Below, piece by piece: positions 1 to 8,054 of a stretch of DNA of 58,693 bases (position 1 is the first letter of the stretch; each line of letters opens with the position of its first letter). Source of the DNA: a virus (lineage: Duplodnaviria > Caudoviricetes); IMG/VR virus record IMGVR_UViG_3300036900_000119, positions 1 through 58,693 of that record. One strand, 5' to 3'. The notes beneath the pieces were generated by a model. The model saw only the letters and a program-made list of their open reading frames with translations, had not been told where the DNA came from and searched no databases. A program made the translations under genes and the position numbers.

Positions 1-126
1 AAAAAAAGCATAGAACCCAATCCAGTTCGCATCGTGTTGCCCGTATACGCTGTCCCGAACGCTGTCCCAAACGCTGGCCCCAACGCTGGCCCAAACGCTG
101 TCCCCAACGCTGTCCCGAACGCTGTC
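1..126. repeat. Terminal direct repeat (assembly overlap), copy 1
   Basis: 1-126 identical to 58568-58693, including 46 bp of non-repetitive sequence. Confidence 0.95.
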
Positions 127-711
127 CCAAACGCTGGCCCAAACGCTGTCCCCAACGCTGGCCCGAACGCTGTCCCCAACGCTGGCCCGAACGCTGGCCC
201 GAACGCTGTCCCCAACGCTGTCCCGAACGCTGTCCCGAACGCTGGCCCCAACGCTGTCCCCAACGCTGGCCCAAACGCTGTCCCCAACGCTGTCCCGAAC
301 GCTGGCCCAAACGCTGTCCCCAACGCTGTCCCAAACGCTGGCCCAAACGCTGCCCCCAACGCTGTCCCGAACGCTGTCCCGAACGCTGGCCCCAACGCTG
401 TCCCGAACGCTGGCCCCAACGCTGGCCCCGACGCTGGCCCCAACGCTGTCCCGAACGCTGGCCCGAACGCTGTCCCGAACGCTGTCCCCGAATTTGGCTT
501 CCAATAGGATTGCCCGCGTCAACCCTTGGGATAGCGGCGAACCGCACCACACGATTTTTGGAATCGGTAGATCGGCGGCTGCATACGCAGCGACAATACC
601 CGATTCAGCCTTCGATCGCTCTGCTGGAGCGGTGCAAAGGCCGACCGATTTCCAACGATGCACAAACTCAGGAAACCGCTCCTCTTGTGCTTTGGTTAAT
701 TTGGTAATCAT
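1..711 (-). CDS. DUF6745-like protein, 5' part (continues across the circular join into 58567..58004; ~424 aa total)
   Basis: ATG at 711 gives [20 protein letters not shown]...IVWCGSP, then SV(R/W/G)(D/A) repeats, then [15 protein letters not shown], in frame with the 58004 ORF. Confidence 0.85.
   Translation of the reverse strand, partial: MITKLTKAQEERFPEFVHRWKSVGLCTAPAERSKAESGIVAAYAAADLPIPKIVWCGSPLSQGLTRAILLEAKFGDSVRDSVRASVRDSVGASVGASVGASVRDSVGASVRDSVRDSVGGSVWASVWDSVGDSVWASVRDSVGDSVWASVGDSVGASVRDSVRDSVGDSVRASVRASVGDSVRASVGDSVWASVWDSVRDSVGDSVWASVGASVWDSVRDSVYGQHDANWIGFYAFF
47..489. repeat. Coding tandem repeat, ~37 x 12 bp
   Basis: Unit ACGCTG(T/G)CCC(G/A/C)A; encodes S-V-(R/W/G)-(D/A) on the minus strand. 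Confidence 0.95.
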
Positions 712-713
712 GG

Positions 714-1040
714 CTAGTCCGCAACACGGCGTTCACCTGCTGGATCATATTCTCGTTGGCGCACGATGCGGTAAGCGCCCGGTGGGATCGTGATGGTTGC
801 GTGTTCCTGATGCTCCAAGAGCGCGTTTCCTTCCTTCACAAGCAAGAACAATTCGTCCTGCGATGGTACTTCAAGGAGGTCCACACTGGGACGATCAGCT
901 ATGGTGTGATTGTGGCCTGTAACTTCTCCCTCGGCCAACACCAAGCGACGATGTTTGGCTTTAGCGCGTTTGGCCGCGGTTGGGATTTCCGCTATCGGCA
1001 CGATGAGAATGTCACCCTGCCGGAATATGTTTTTGTTCAT
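714..1040 (-). CDS. Conserved phage protein, usual partner of DUF6745 genes
   Basis: RQGD...LAEGEVTGHNH...HQEH...RQREY motif pattern; directly upstream of the DUF6745-like gene. Confidence 0.8.
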   Translation of the reverse strand: MNKNIFRQGDILIVPIAEIPTAAKRAKAKHRRLVLAEGEVTGHNHTIADRPSVDLLEVPSQDELFLLVKEGNALLEHQEHATITIPPGAYRIVRQREYDPAGERRVAD

Positions 1041-1061
1041 GTTTTTGGGGGTTGGTTGGGT

Positions 1062-1232
1062 TTACTTCGTTCGGATGGGGTACTTCTCCAGCAAAGCCTT
1101 CAAGACAAGCTCCTCCTTCGAGGCTCCGCTCCGGTATTTCTCGGCCCCCATCCAGATCACAACGTCCAGCGGGAGGCGCACGTTTTGTTTGATCAGTTTC
1201 TTTCGTTCGTTATCCTGAATCTTCGCTGGCAT
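1062..1232 (-). CDS. Small ribbon-helix-helix-like DNA-binding protein
   Basis: MPAKIQDNERKKLIKQNVRLPLDVVIWM...SKEELVLKAL; strand-helix-helix pattern; start reassigned to ATG 1232. Confidence 0.5.
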   Translation of the reverse strand: MPAKIQDNERKKLIKQNVRLPLDVVIWMGAEKYRSGASKEELVLKALLEKYPIRTK

Positions 1233-1320
1233 GGACGGACTTTGGCATCTCCCAAGAAATAGTGCAAGTACTTTTTCCGTTTTTCTTGACACACAAGAAA
1301 ATAACGCGCACAGTGCCCGC
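1233..1320. promoter_or_regulatory. Divergent sigma70-like leaderless promoters
   Basis: +: TTGACA-N17-CACAGT-N6-ATG(1321); -: TTGCAC-N17-CAAAGT-N6-ATG(1232). Confidence 0.6.
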
Positions 1321-1755
1321 ATGACCAAACCAAACCTTCGCACCATATCCCTCTGGCAACCGTGGGCTTCAGCCATGGCAAGTGGCATAAAAAGAAACGA
1401 AACGCGATCCTGGTTTCTAGGACACCGAGGGGATCTCGTGATCTGTTCAGCTAAACGGAAACCTACCCCCGAAGAAGTCGGAGGAGATTACGACGAAGCT
1501 CTTAAATTGCCGTACGGCTTCGCTCTCTGCGTTGTGGAAGTAAGCGAGTGCGTTCCAAGCGACTTGTTCCACGGCCCGAATGCACTTCCTTTGGCGAGCG
1601 AAGAACGTGAGCTTGGAGACTACACTCCGGGCCGATGGATATGGCTGACTCAAAACTGCCGCAAGCTCAAACAGCCTGTGCCAATTAAGGGGCATCAAGG
1701 ACTCTGGTTACTCGATGACGCCACGAACTCCGATGTTCTTCACATGCTGCCATGA
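1321..1755 (+). CDS. ASCH domain protein
   Basis: ISLWQPWAS...GIKRNETRSW...HRGDLVI and PVPIKGHQGLW motifs. Confidence 0.88.
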   Translation: MTKPNLRTISLWQPWASAMASGIKRNETRSWFLGHRGDLVICSAKRKPTPEEVGGDYDEALKLPYGFALCVVEVSECVPSDLFHGPNALPLASEERELGDYTPGRWIWLTQNCRKLKQPVPIKGHQGLWLLDDATNSDVLHMLP

Positions 1756-2015
1756 AACTCCTGCGCGACCTCGCCCCGTGGCTCGTGTTCATCTGCGCAT
1801 TGCCTTTCGCCTGGAGCACTCACCAATGGCGACAGCGCGCTCTCCGCGCCGAAAGACTGGTCGCCGCATACAAACAGGACACGCTCGTGCTCAAAACCCA
1901 AATCAAACTGCTGGAAATCCGCATCCAAGCTTTATCCCGTCCCACCGTTAAATCCACTGGGATACCCATCACGCCCGATCAAATTGAAGCCTCCGAAGAC
2001 GAGGAAACACCATGA
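1752..2015 (+). CDS. Hypothetical membrane-anchored coiled-coil protein
   Basis: N-terminal hydrophobic segment; ATGA coupling on both sides. Confidence 0.65.
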   Translation: MKLLRDLAPWLVFICALPFAWSTHQWRQRALRAERLVAAYKQDTLVLKTQIKLLEIRIQALSRPTVKSTGIPITPDQIEASEDEETP

Positions 2016-2518
2016 ACATAGACCAAACCAAAATCGAACAAGCCGTCACGGAACAAGCGGTGGCGTCACTTGTTGAAACCCTAACCGACCATGACCACGA
2101 GATCGCAAGCACCATTCGCAATAAAGCATCAGAGCTTATTCTCAAACGTGTAAACCAAGCCATCGACGATGAAATTCTTCGAGTCGTCCAAGGTGGCCTC
2201 GAAGAGATTATGTTCCCTTGTACCAACGCTTACGGAGAGGCAAAGCGTCCAGATCGAACACTAAAGGAGTTTATCGCTGAAAAAGTAAACGAAGTCTTCA
2301 CTGAATATGTGGACGGCGAAGGTCGGCCAACGAAAGACTCGTGGCACACGCGAGACCCGAAGAATCGCCGCGTGATCCGCATAGTTGACGCTGCTGTGAA
2401 GTCCAAGATTCAGGATGACATAACCGCCGCCGCTAACACCGTAAAAACCACGATCAACAACCATATTGCGGAGTTTATCAAGATCCAACTGAACGAGCTA
2501 ACAGCAAAACTAAAATGA
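2012..2518 (+). CDS. Hypothetical protein
   Basis: 168 aa, ATGA-coupled within operon. Confidence 0.75.
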   Translation: MNIDQTKIEQAVTEQAVASLVETLTDHDHEIASTIRNKASELILKRVNQAIDDEILRVVQGGLEEIMFPCTNAYGEAKRPDRTLKEFIAEKVNEVFTEYVDGEGRPTKDSWHTRDPKNRRVIRIVDAAVKSKIQDDITAAANTVKTTINNHIAEFIKIQLNELTAKLK

Positions 2519-2763
2519 CCATCACCACATCCATCGACCTCGATGCCGAAATCACTTTCGATTACCAACGCGCTCGCCGTGGTGCCCGCGATTCACTCGG
2601 CGGCATACGCGGAGCAGGCCCACCACTCGAACCCGACGAGCCCGAGAGCGTCGAGATTACGAGCGTGACGGTGCTGGGGATAAGCCTGCCGCTCGACGAT
2701 CTGCCGCAATCGCTCATGGAACGCTTGGAGCAAGAGGCGCTGGAGGCGGCCACGGAGGAATGA
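2515..2763 (+). CDS. Hypothetical acidic protein
   Basis: ATGA-coupled; EPDEPESVEI motif. Confidence 0.7.
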   Translation: MTITTSIDLDAEITFDYQRARRGARDSLGGIRGAGPPLEPDEPESVEITSVTVLGISLPLDDLPQSLMERLEQEALEAATEE

Positions 2764-3026
2764 ACACCCCACCCCGCTGCCCCACCTGCAACGCGCCCAT
2801 GACCGGGCGCACCGTGTCCCCCGATCACCTGCCCGCTGCGACCACCACCTACCTTTGCGAACGCTGTTGCACCAGGCTCACCGTAACCGCCAAGAATCTG
2901 CGCTACGTGCCCCCACCAACGCGGGAAGAGAGCGACAAACAAGAGCGGAGGCACGCCTACACTTGGAAGCCTAAGCGCCCAAGTGCCCCTTCGCCTTTAA
3001 CTCCACCAGCAAACCCACCAGGATGA
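2760..3026 (+). CDS. Zinc-ribbon-like protein
   Basis: CPTC...CERC; ATGA-coupled. Confidence 0.6.
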   Translation: MNTPPRCPTCNAPMTGRTVSPDHLPAATTTYLCERCCTRLTVTAKNLRYVPPPTREESDKQERRHAYTWKPKRPSAPSPLTPPANPPG

Positions 3027-3274
3027 AACGTAACCATTGGAAAACCTCTCTCGATTGGCGCGAGCCGTGGATTGATCGCATGGGTTTGATTGTCGCCCTC
3101 GGAGGCGAAGAACGCTTTACTCACCTGCGAGCCTTTAAGAAAGATATGCGAGTCAAACTCACCGTGGACGAACGACAAGCTTTGAAAGCGGCCATCCAAG
3201 CCCGCTTCACCCCTACCAACGGAGAGGATGGCTGCGCCTCGGGGGTTTCTGCGGTGAAGGAAGCAATGGAATAA
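3023..3274 (+). CDS. Hypothetical protein
   Basis: ATGA-coupled, last gene of the operon. Confidence 0.6.
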   Translation: MKRNHWKTSLDWREPWIDRMGLIVALGGEERFTHLRAFKKDMRVKLTVDERQALKAAIQARFTPTNGEDGCASGVSAVKEAME

Positions 3275-3607
3275 CCAGCCCCCGGGCCTCAGGAACTTAA
3301 TCATTGATTCATGGACAACGGCTGGAAACGCGAACTCCCCGCAAGCGCAGAGAGTTGCTAGGACCAAATCACCGACCCTATGGTGTCCGTGTGGTTTCCA
3401 GCTCGTGATCTTCCGGCCCATGCGGTCTCCCAGCCTCGGCCTTGACTCTCTCGCGGTCTGATCACGCTTTCGGAGCCTCGCGCCGCTTATGCTTCGGCGG
3501 TTGCTCGTCATTTATTAAGGGCGGCGGTTATCCCTCGCCCTGCATGTAACCACCCCGCAGCCCGACAAACTCGATCTCTGGAGGGTGATCGCGGTGCTGA
3601 ATGCCTG

Positions 3608-3639
3608 AAAAAGAAACGCCGCTCCAGTCACGGAGCGGC
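3608..3639 (-). terminator. Intrinsic terminator downstream of the C4-like RNA
   Basis: Minus strand GCCGCTCC-gtgact-GGAGCGGC followed by GTTTCTTTTT. Confidence 0.7.
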
Positions 3640-3641
3640 CC

Positions 3642-3724
3642 TTCAAATTGCGTCCAGGTCTAGCATCCCGAGTGACAAGTCCCGGTCTGCCGCGCTTTCA
3701 CACGACAGGGCCTTGACGCTTGAA
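3642..3724 (-). ncRNA. Candidate C4/CI-like antisense RNA
   Basis: Closing stem, two internal hairpins; loop CUUGUCA and linker GAUGCUA complementary to upstream UAGCAUC...UGACA (3748-3768). Confidence 0.55.
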
Positions 3725-3917
3725 GCTCTTAAAATTCGGAGGAGTTTCATGTCATTGACTGGATGCTAACCAGCACACCCAGAGCGTGACACGCGCCCCC
3801 ATCGCGGTCAAGGGTTTTGTTCTTCACTAGCGGGCTTCGGGGTGCAACCGCTGTCCCTTGTCCCGCGCATAAGTTCCTTTCCTTTCTCGGTGTGCATTGA
3901 TCGACGCTGATTCCTCC

Positions 3918-4121
3918 CTAATCCGGAAAGAAAGCGCCCCGATAAAACTCCATGCTCCCGCCCACGGACAGCGTGAACACGACATGGCAGGCGTTGGTTT
4001 CGTGGCCCGCTGCAACGATCTGCGCCCGGTCGCCAAGAGTGAACACGTACCATGAGCCTGCTCCGGGTGTCGTGAAGCGGAGCACCAAGGCGGCGGTGGC
4101 GATGGATACGGAGAGGGTCAT
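3918..4121 (-). CDS. Hypothetical protein
   Basis: MTLSVSIATAAL...; ATGA-coupled to upstream gene. Confidence 0.5.
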   Translation of the reverse strand: MTLSVSIATAALVLRFTTPGAGSWYVFTLGDRAQIVAAGHETNACHVVFTLSVGGSMEFYRGAFFPD

Positions 4122-4429
4122 TGTCCGGCCTCTAGGTCCATGCAAGCGCCACAGATACCCATCCGGATGTCTTCGTCACCCCGAAGCACCTCGCCGCATT
4201 TCTCGCAAGAGGGGCGGATTGCTTGGGGTCGAGCGTATGGCGGCAACCACAAGGCGGGGTCTATCCCGTTAACGGTTTCCGTAAAGCTCTTAGCTGCAAA
4301 GCTCAAGTCGTGCTCGGCTTTGAGTTCGGCTCTGTCGTTGCACTCTCTTAAAACGTGAGCGTAACGCAGTGCGGCGAGCCTAAGCTGGAGATTGGCGGCA
4401 GACAGGAGGGCGTGCTGTTCAGTAGTCAT
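4118..4429 (-). CDS. Hypothetical protein with C-terminal zinc finger
   Basis: MTTEQHALL...CEKC...CGAC; ATGA-coupled. Confidence 0.6.
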   Translation of the reverse strand: MTTEQHALLSAANLQLRLAALRYAHVLRECNDRAELKAEHDLSFAAKSFTETVNGIDPALWLPPYARPQAIRPSCEKCGEVLRGDEDIRMGICGACMDLEAGQ

Positions 4430-4635
4430 GGCTTTATTCGAGCTTGAGCGCGACGGGCTAAGTGAAGTTCCACCAACGGCTTTCGTAGCTCTCGCACAGT
4501 AGATCGATATTGGCGTCCGGCAATGCTGTAAGGGTTCAGCCATTCAGCGCGTTTGACGAAAGCCGAGACAGCGCGCTCCAGGTCGGCTTGCGCGGCCTCG
4601 ACGCTCTTGATGGTGAGCTTGACTCCGGTTTTCAT
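4426..4635 (-). CDS. Hypothetical protein
   Basis: MKTGVKLTIK...; ATGA-coupled. Confidence 0.55.
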   Translation of the reverse strand: MKTGVKLTIKSVEAAQADLERAVSAFVKRAEWLNPYSIAGRQYRSTVRELRKPLVELHLARRAQARIKP

Positions 4636-4754
4636 GGCAAAGGATGCAAAACTGTCCACAACATCATGGCGCAGAACACGATCTGGCCAACGGCGAGGCA
4701 GGCGATTACGATTAGCCCACTGAAAACGACTTGATCCTGGCGGTGGCCGTTCAT
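4632..4754 (-). CDS. Small membrane protein
   Basis: MNGHRQDQVVFSGLIVIACLAVGQIVFCAMMLW; ATGA-coupled. Confidence 0.5.
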   Translation of the reverse strand: MNGHRQDQVVFSGLIVIACLAVGQIVFCAMMLWTVLHPLP

Positions 4755-4909
4755 AACGCGCAGAGGGCGACGAACGCGCCCCCGAAGATCACGGCACCCG
4801 CAAGGAACCCGATGGCAAACTCCCACAGGAAGGCCCAACGGCGCTTGCCGGAGGCACCCTGGAGCGATTCTGACGGGTTTTGGGTGTCCTTATGGTGGTC
4901 TGGGGTCAT
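4751..4909 (-). CDS. Small membrane protein (absent from ORF track)
   Basis: MTPDHHKD...RRWAFLWEFAIGFLAGAVIF; ATGA-coupled on both sides. Confidence 0.5.
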   Translation of the reverse strand: MTPDHHKDTQNPSESLQGASGKRRWAFLWEFAIGFLAGAVIFGGAFVALCAL

Positions 4910-5163
4910 AACAGCGCGTTCTGGAGTTCCAGCTGTGCCGCAAACCGATCCTTGCGCCCTAGGTGGATCAAGGCGCGCCGAATGGCCAAGTCAAGTTTCT
5001 CGCACCGGGCGCGCTCGAATAGCGCAGCGTCCAGGGCGGTTTGCTCGGCCGGCGAGCGCGGCTCGGTTACGGCGATAAGGTGCTGGCGCTCGGGGGTGGA
5101 GTCGTCAAAGAGCGCCTTGGTTGCGGCGTTGCACGCGGCGTATTGGCGTTTGGTTTCGTTCAT
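4906..5163 (-). CDS. Hypothetical protein
   Basis: 85 aa ORF with A/C-rich leader. Confidence 0.6.
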   Translation of the reverse strand: MNETKRQYAACNAATKALFDDSTPERQHLIAVTEPRSPAEQTALDAALFERARCEKLDLAIRRALIHLGRKDRFAAQLELQNALL

Positions 5164-5228
5164 AGTTTGGTTTTGTCGGACGCTTAACGCATCCCTGCCG
5201 CCGTCTGCGAACGGCGGACGGGAGGGGT

Positions 5229-5624
5229 TTAGGCCGCGACAGGTTTAGCCGTTAAAAACGCCTCAAATGTCCAACTCGTTTTAGGTTGCCATCCATCGGG
5301 CACCTTGCCCGCGTCCAACTCGTCTTCGTCGATGAAGTAAACGCGCTGGTTGGGCACATCACACACCAGGATGGGATATTCGTTGTCGCTTAATCCGGTC
5401 GAGATACCAAAGCCGGTTTCCTCGTTTTCGCTGCCCTTAACTAGCTCGCAAAAGATGATCCGCGCCAAGTAGCTTTCATCGGACCAGCGTTGGCGGCGGG
5501 CCAATGCGGTGCGAAGTGTCTGCTCGATTTCCGAGCCGGACCAATGCGTGTAGAACCAGACTTGCTCCGGTGCGTCTTTTGAGTCTCCGTGTTGCAATAC
5601 TGCGATGTTTCCTCTGTCTCCCAT
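5229..5624 (-). CDS. Conserved phage hypothetical protein
   Basis: MGDRGNI...YTHWSG...YLARIIF...TGFGI motif pattern. Confidence 0.75.
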   Translation of the reverse strand: MGDRGNIAVLQHGDSKDAPEQVWFYTHWSGSEIEQTLRTALARRQRWSDESYLARIIFCELVKGSENEETGFGISTGLSDNEYPILVCDVPNQRVYFIDEDELDAGKVPDGWQPKTSWTFEAFLTAKPVAA

Positions 5625-5669
5625 AGGTTTTAGTGTGGTTTGTGGTTTTGTCAGTGGTTTACCGAAAGG

Positions 5670-5897
5670 TTAAATGATCGTGGTCCCGTCTTTCTCGCAA
5701 TATTCCCAATACTGAATGCGCCAACGGTTGTAATTCTCCGACCGGCAGAAGCGGCGGATGGCATCCTCACGAGTTTTGCCGCTGTCGTAGCAAAGCGGCT
5801 CGGGCGTCACTTCGTAGGTTGGCGCATTCATTCCACCGTGGTCGATCAGCCTCTTGCCGTGGACCGCCAGGATATATTGAAAGCCGGTGTTTCTCAT
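5670..5897 (-). CDS. Hypothetical protein
   Basis: ATGA-coupled to upstream gene. Confidence 0.6.
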   Translation of the reverse strand: MRNTGFQYILAVHGKRLIDHGGMNAPTYEVTPEPLCYDSGKTREDAIRRFCRSENYNRWRIQYWEYCEKDGTTII

Positions 5898-6319
5898 AAG
5901 CCAGGGTCCGCGTCAGATGTCACGGTGTTTCCGTCGAACGCGCCGCCGCATTGCGATTCGTCAAAGAAAATCCCAGGGTATTCAATGCGTCCGGTTTTCG
6001 GGTTGATGCGCTTCTCTTCGATCCTCACGAACTTGGGTTGCTGTTGCGCTGCACGGGTCCAAGCGTCGGTGTAGGTCGGCTCAGGCTGCCAAGATGCAGC
6101 GCGCTCGAAGGAACCGACAGGAAAGCTCACGTCGCGGACGTAATCACCACCGGCCGACACGCACTTAACGAGGTGCGCCACGTCCTGAGCCGCGCAAGTG
6201 AAGCGGCACCCGCCGCAGCGGACGAGCACTTGGCAGAGCCGGTCCAGGGCGATGAGCGCGGGCAGGTCGGTGTCACGAAGGAACGAATGGCTTTGAATGA
6301 ATTGCTGGAGTTTGTTCAT
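5894..6319 (-). CDS. Hypothetical protein
   Basis: 141 aa; C-terminal FDG...SDADPGL. Confidence 0.7.
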   Translation of the reverse strand: MNKLQQFIQSHSFLRDTDLPALIALDRLCQVLVRCGGCRFTCAAQDVAHLVKCVSAGGDYVRDVSFPVGSFERAASWQPEPTYTDAWTRAAQQQPKFVRIEEKRINPKTGRIEYPGIFFDESQCGGAFDGNTVTSDADPGL

Positions 6320-6351
6320 GTGGTTTGTTGGTGGTTACTGTGCGGAAAAGT

Positions 6352-6840
6352 CTACGCCATCGCCATTTCTGCCGGTTGCTCAATAGGCGCGCCCGTCTCG
6401 ATCTCATGGGTTTGCGAAATGTCGAACACCGTGCCGATAATGAAGCGGGTATCGTTATCGCCTTCCGGTGTGCCATCGGGCACGGCTGAATTGCTGGTGC
6501 TGCCGTCCAGCGGGGTGTCATTCTTGCGCCCGCCACACGGCACCCAGATCATCATTCCATGCTGGCCCTTGGTGACGGCCCGGCCGTGCTTCTGCCATTG
6601 GCGAAAGCCACCAACAACGGAAGCGTTCGGGCATTGCAGGGCAATCAACATCATGTTGCCCAGACTCAAGACGTGGCCATCAGCGGTCATAAGGCCCATT
6701 TTATTCGTGATTTGAATGCGCTGTAGTTCCGGCATATCGGCAACCGTTTTCCACAGAACGCGGAATTTGGCGCGACGTTCATCACGCTTGGCTTGTTGGT
6801 CTGGTGTCAGGGTTCGGCGTTTCCAGGTTTGGTTTTGCAT
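6352..6840 (-). CDS. ArdC-like N-terminal ssDNA-binding (antirestriction-type) protein
   Basis: N..LI..Q.P.A..VGGF.QW...GR.V.KG..G..IWVP...VFDISQT signature. Confidence 0.78.
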   Translation of the reverse strand: MQNQTWKRRTLTPDQQAKRDERRAKFRVLWKTVADMPELQRIQITNKMGLMTADGHVLSLGNMMLIALQCPNASVVGGFRQWQKHGRAVTKGQHGMMIWVPCGGRKNDTPLDGSTSNSAVPDGTPEGDNDTRFIIGTVFDISQTHEIETGAPIEQPAEMAMA

Positions 6841-7043
6841 ACCCCATTGCTAGCAGTATCGGTGCCAGCCAGGGTGCCTTGCTTCGTTTCCCTGAGTTTC
6901 TTCTGGCGCGCCAGTCCTCCAGCTCGGGCAATGGCTTGGCGCTGGACGGGGTTTAGATCACGAAAACGGCCTTGTACACCGCGTTTGCCTATGTCGCTAT
7001 ACCATTGGCGCACGGCCTTTGGTGCTGTGGATTTATTGCTCAT
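6807..7043 (-). CDS. Small basic protein
   Basis: MSNKSTAPK...IGKRG...LNPVQRQAIARAGGLAR. Confidence 0.5.
   Translation of the reverse strand: MSNKSTAPKAVRQWYSDIGKRGVQGRFRDLNPVQRQAIARAGGLARQKKLRETKQGTLAGTDTASNGVCKTKPGNAEP
6853..6867 (-). promoter_or_regulatory. Sigma54 (-24/-12) promoter, leaderless
   Basis: TGGCACCGATACTGC, then exactly 12 nt to ATG 6840. Confidence 0.7.
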
Positions 7044-7079
7044 AGCACACAGCCTAGCAGCCTTAATGCCCAAGTCAAG

Positions 7080-7272
7080 CAATGCAGCCTTGCCTAAAAA
7101 CTGGACACCCGTTATCGTTAACTAGACTGTCTTGCAAGACACTCACCTTACACAAGGCATTGAACACAAGGCAAACAAAAGCAAGACTGTCTTGTTACAA
7201 GGCAGCGTGTCTTATTGTGTGGCAGTTTCCGGGAGTGGAAAACAGAGAAACACAATAAACAAGGCTGTCTTG
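7080..7272. promoter_or_regulatory. Four 13-bp palindromic sites, consensus CAAGRC-W-GYCTTG
   Basis: Sites at 7080, 7122, 7182 (perfect) and 7260, plus isolated half-sites. Confidence 0.7.
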
Positions 7273-7276
7273 CTAT

Positions 7277-7291
7277 TGGCACGCCATACGC
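7277..7291 (+). promoter_or_regulatory. Sigma54 (-24/-12) promoter, leaderless
   Basis: TGGCACGCCATACGC, then exactly 12 nt to ATG 7304. Confidence 0.62.
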
Positions 7292-7303
7292 TAACAGTGA
7301 GGC

Positions 7304-7648
7304 ATGACAACGAACCAAATCGAACACACACCAACGCCGTGGGTTGTAGCTTACGGCATGATCTACCAGCAGATTGGCAACGGCGCGGTCGGCCCGGGAA
7401 TTGCCAAAATGGACCGGGACGAGGAAATGACTATGCCCACCGAGCGCGATGCCAACGCCGAACTGATCGTCCGCGCCGTCAACTCACACGAGGCGCTTGT
7501 CAGCGCGCTCGATGATTGCATGGCTTTCTTGTGCGACCCGATCACTGCGGAATGGATCAATCGCAGCGGATACAATACGAACAATTACGGGAAAGCGGTA
7601 ATCAATGCCCACAAAGCCCTCTCGGACGCGAAAGGTGGTGCGCGATGA
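7304..7648 (+). CDS. Phage hypothetical protein
   Basis: HTPTPW...ANAELIVRAVNSHEALV motif common in early phage genes. Confidence 0.8.
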   Translation: MTTNQIEHTPTPWVVAYGMIYQQIGNGAVGPGIAKMDRDEEMTMPTERDANAELIVRAVNSHEALVSALDDCMAFLCDPITAEWINRSGYNTNNYGKAVINAHKALSDAKGGAR

Positions 7649-7851
7649 AACCAAATGGCATTGCCACACGCGAGATGTTTAGGCGCATTCTAGGCGCTAG
7701 ATCACATTTCCAAATCAAGATGTTGCTCGGGCAGATTGACGCCAATACAGCGCACCTAACTTGCGCGTTGCGCGATTCAGCCATGAGGGAAGCACGCCGA
7801 ATTGCGGCCCTTCGCCACGAACAACTACACAAGGAAGGAAAGCTGAAATGA
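7645..7851 (+). CDS. Hypothetical protein
   Basis: MKPNGIATREMF...; ATGA-coupled. Confidence 0.6.
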   Translation: MKPNGIATREMFRRILGARSHFQIKMLLGQIDANTAHLTCALRDSAMREARRIAALRHEQLHKEGKLK

Positions 7852-8054
7852 GAAGGCTAAGAGCGATGCAGGTTTACGAGATAACACGCAAAACCAAGGC
7901 CAGCGTGAGGATTAAGCCATACGGCAGCACCAACCGGGCGGCAGTGAGAAACTTCACTCGTGAAGATTTCGACCGTCTGTTCATTGATCGCAAGGACGGG
8001 ACCTGCGTCAATCGCGGCAAAGGTGATACCTTGGTCGAAATCCTAAAAGACTAG
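7848..8054 (+). CDS. Hypothetical protein
   Basis: MRRLRAMQVYEI...; ATGA-coupled. Confidence 0.6.
   Translation: MRRLRAMQVYEITRKTKASVRIKPYGSTNRAAVRNFTREDFDRLFIDRKDGTCVNRGKGDTLVEILKD

Noticed and set aside
47-489. CRISPR array or DGR variable region
   Set aside because: Units are contiguous 12-mers with no spacers; no cas gene, reverse transcriptase or separate template repeat is visible
34-507. Plus-strand AVPN/AGPN repeat protein
   Set aside because: Antisense shadow of the minus-strand DUF6745-like gene, which has conserved motifs on both sides of the repeat
2957-3511. 184-aa minus ORF as a confident gene
   Set aside because: Overlaps coupled plus-strand genes and has no recognisable motif; left uncalled
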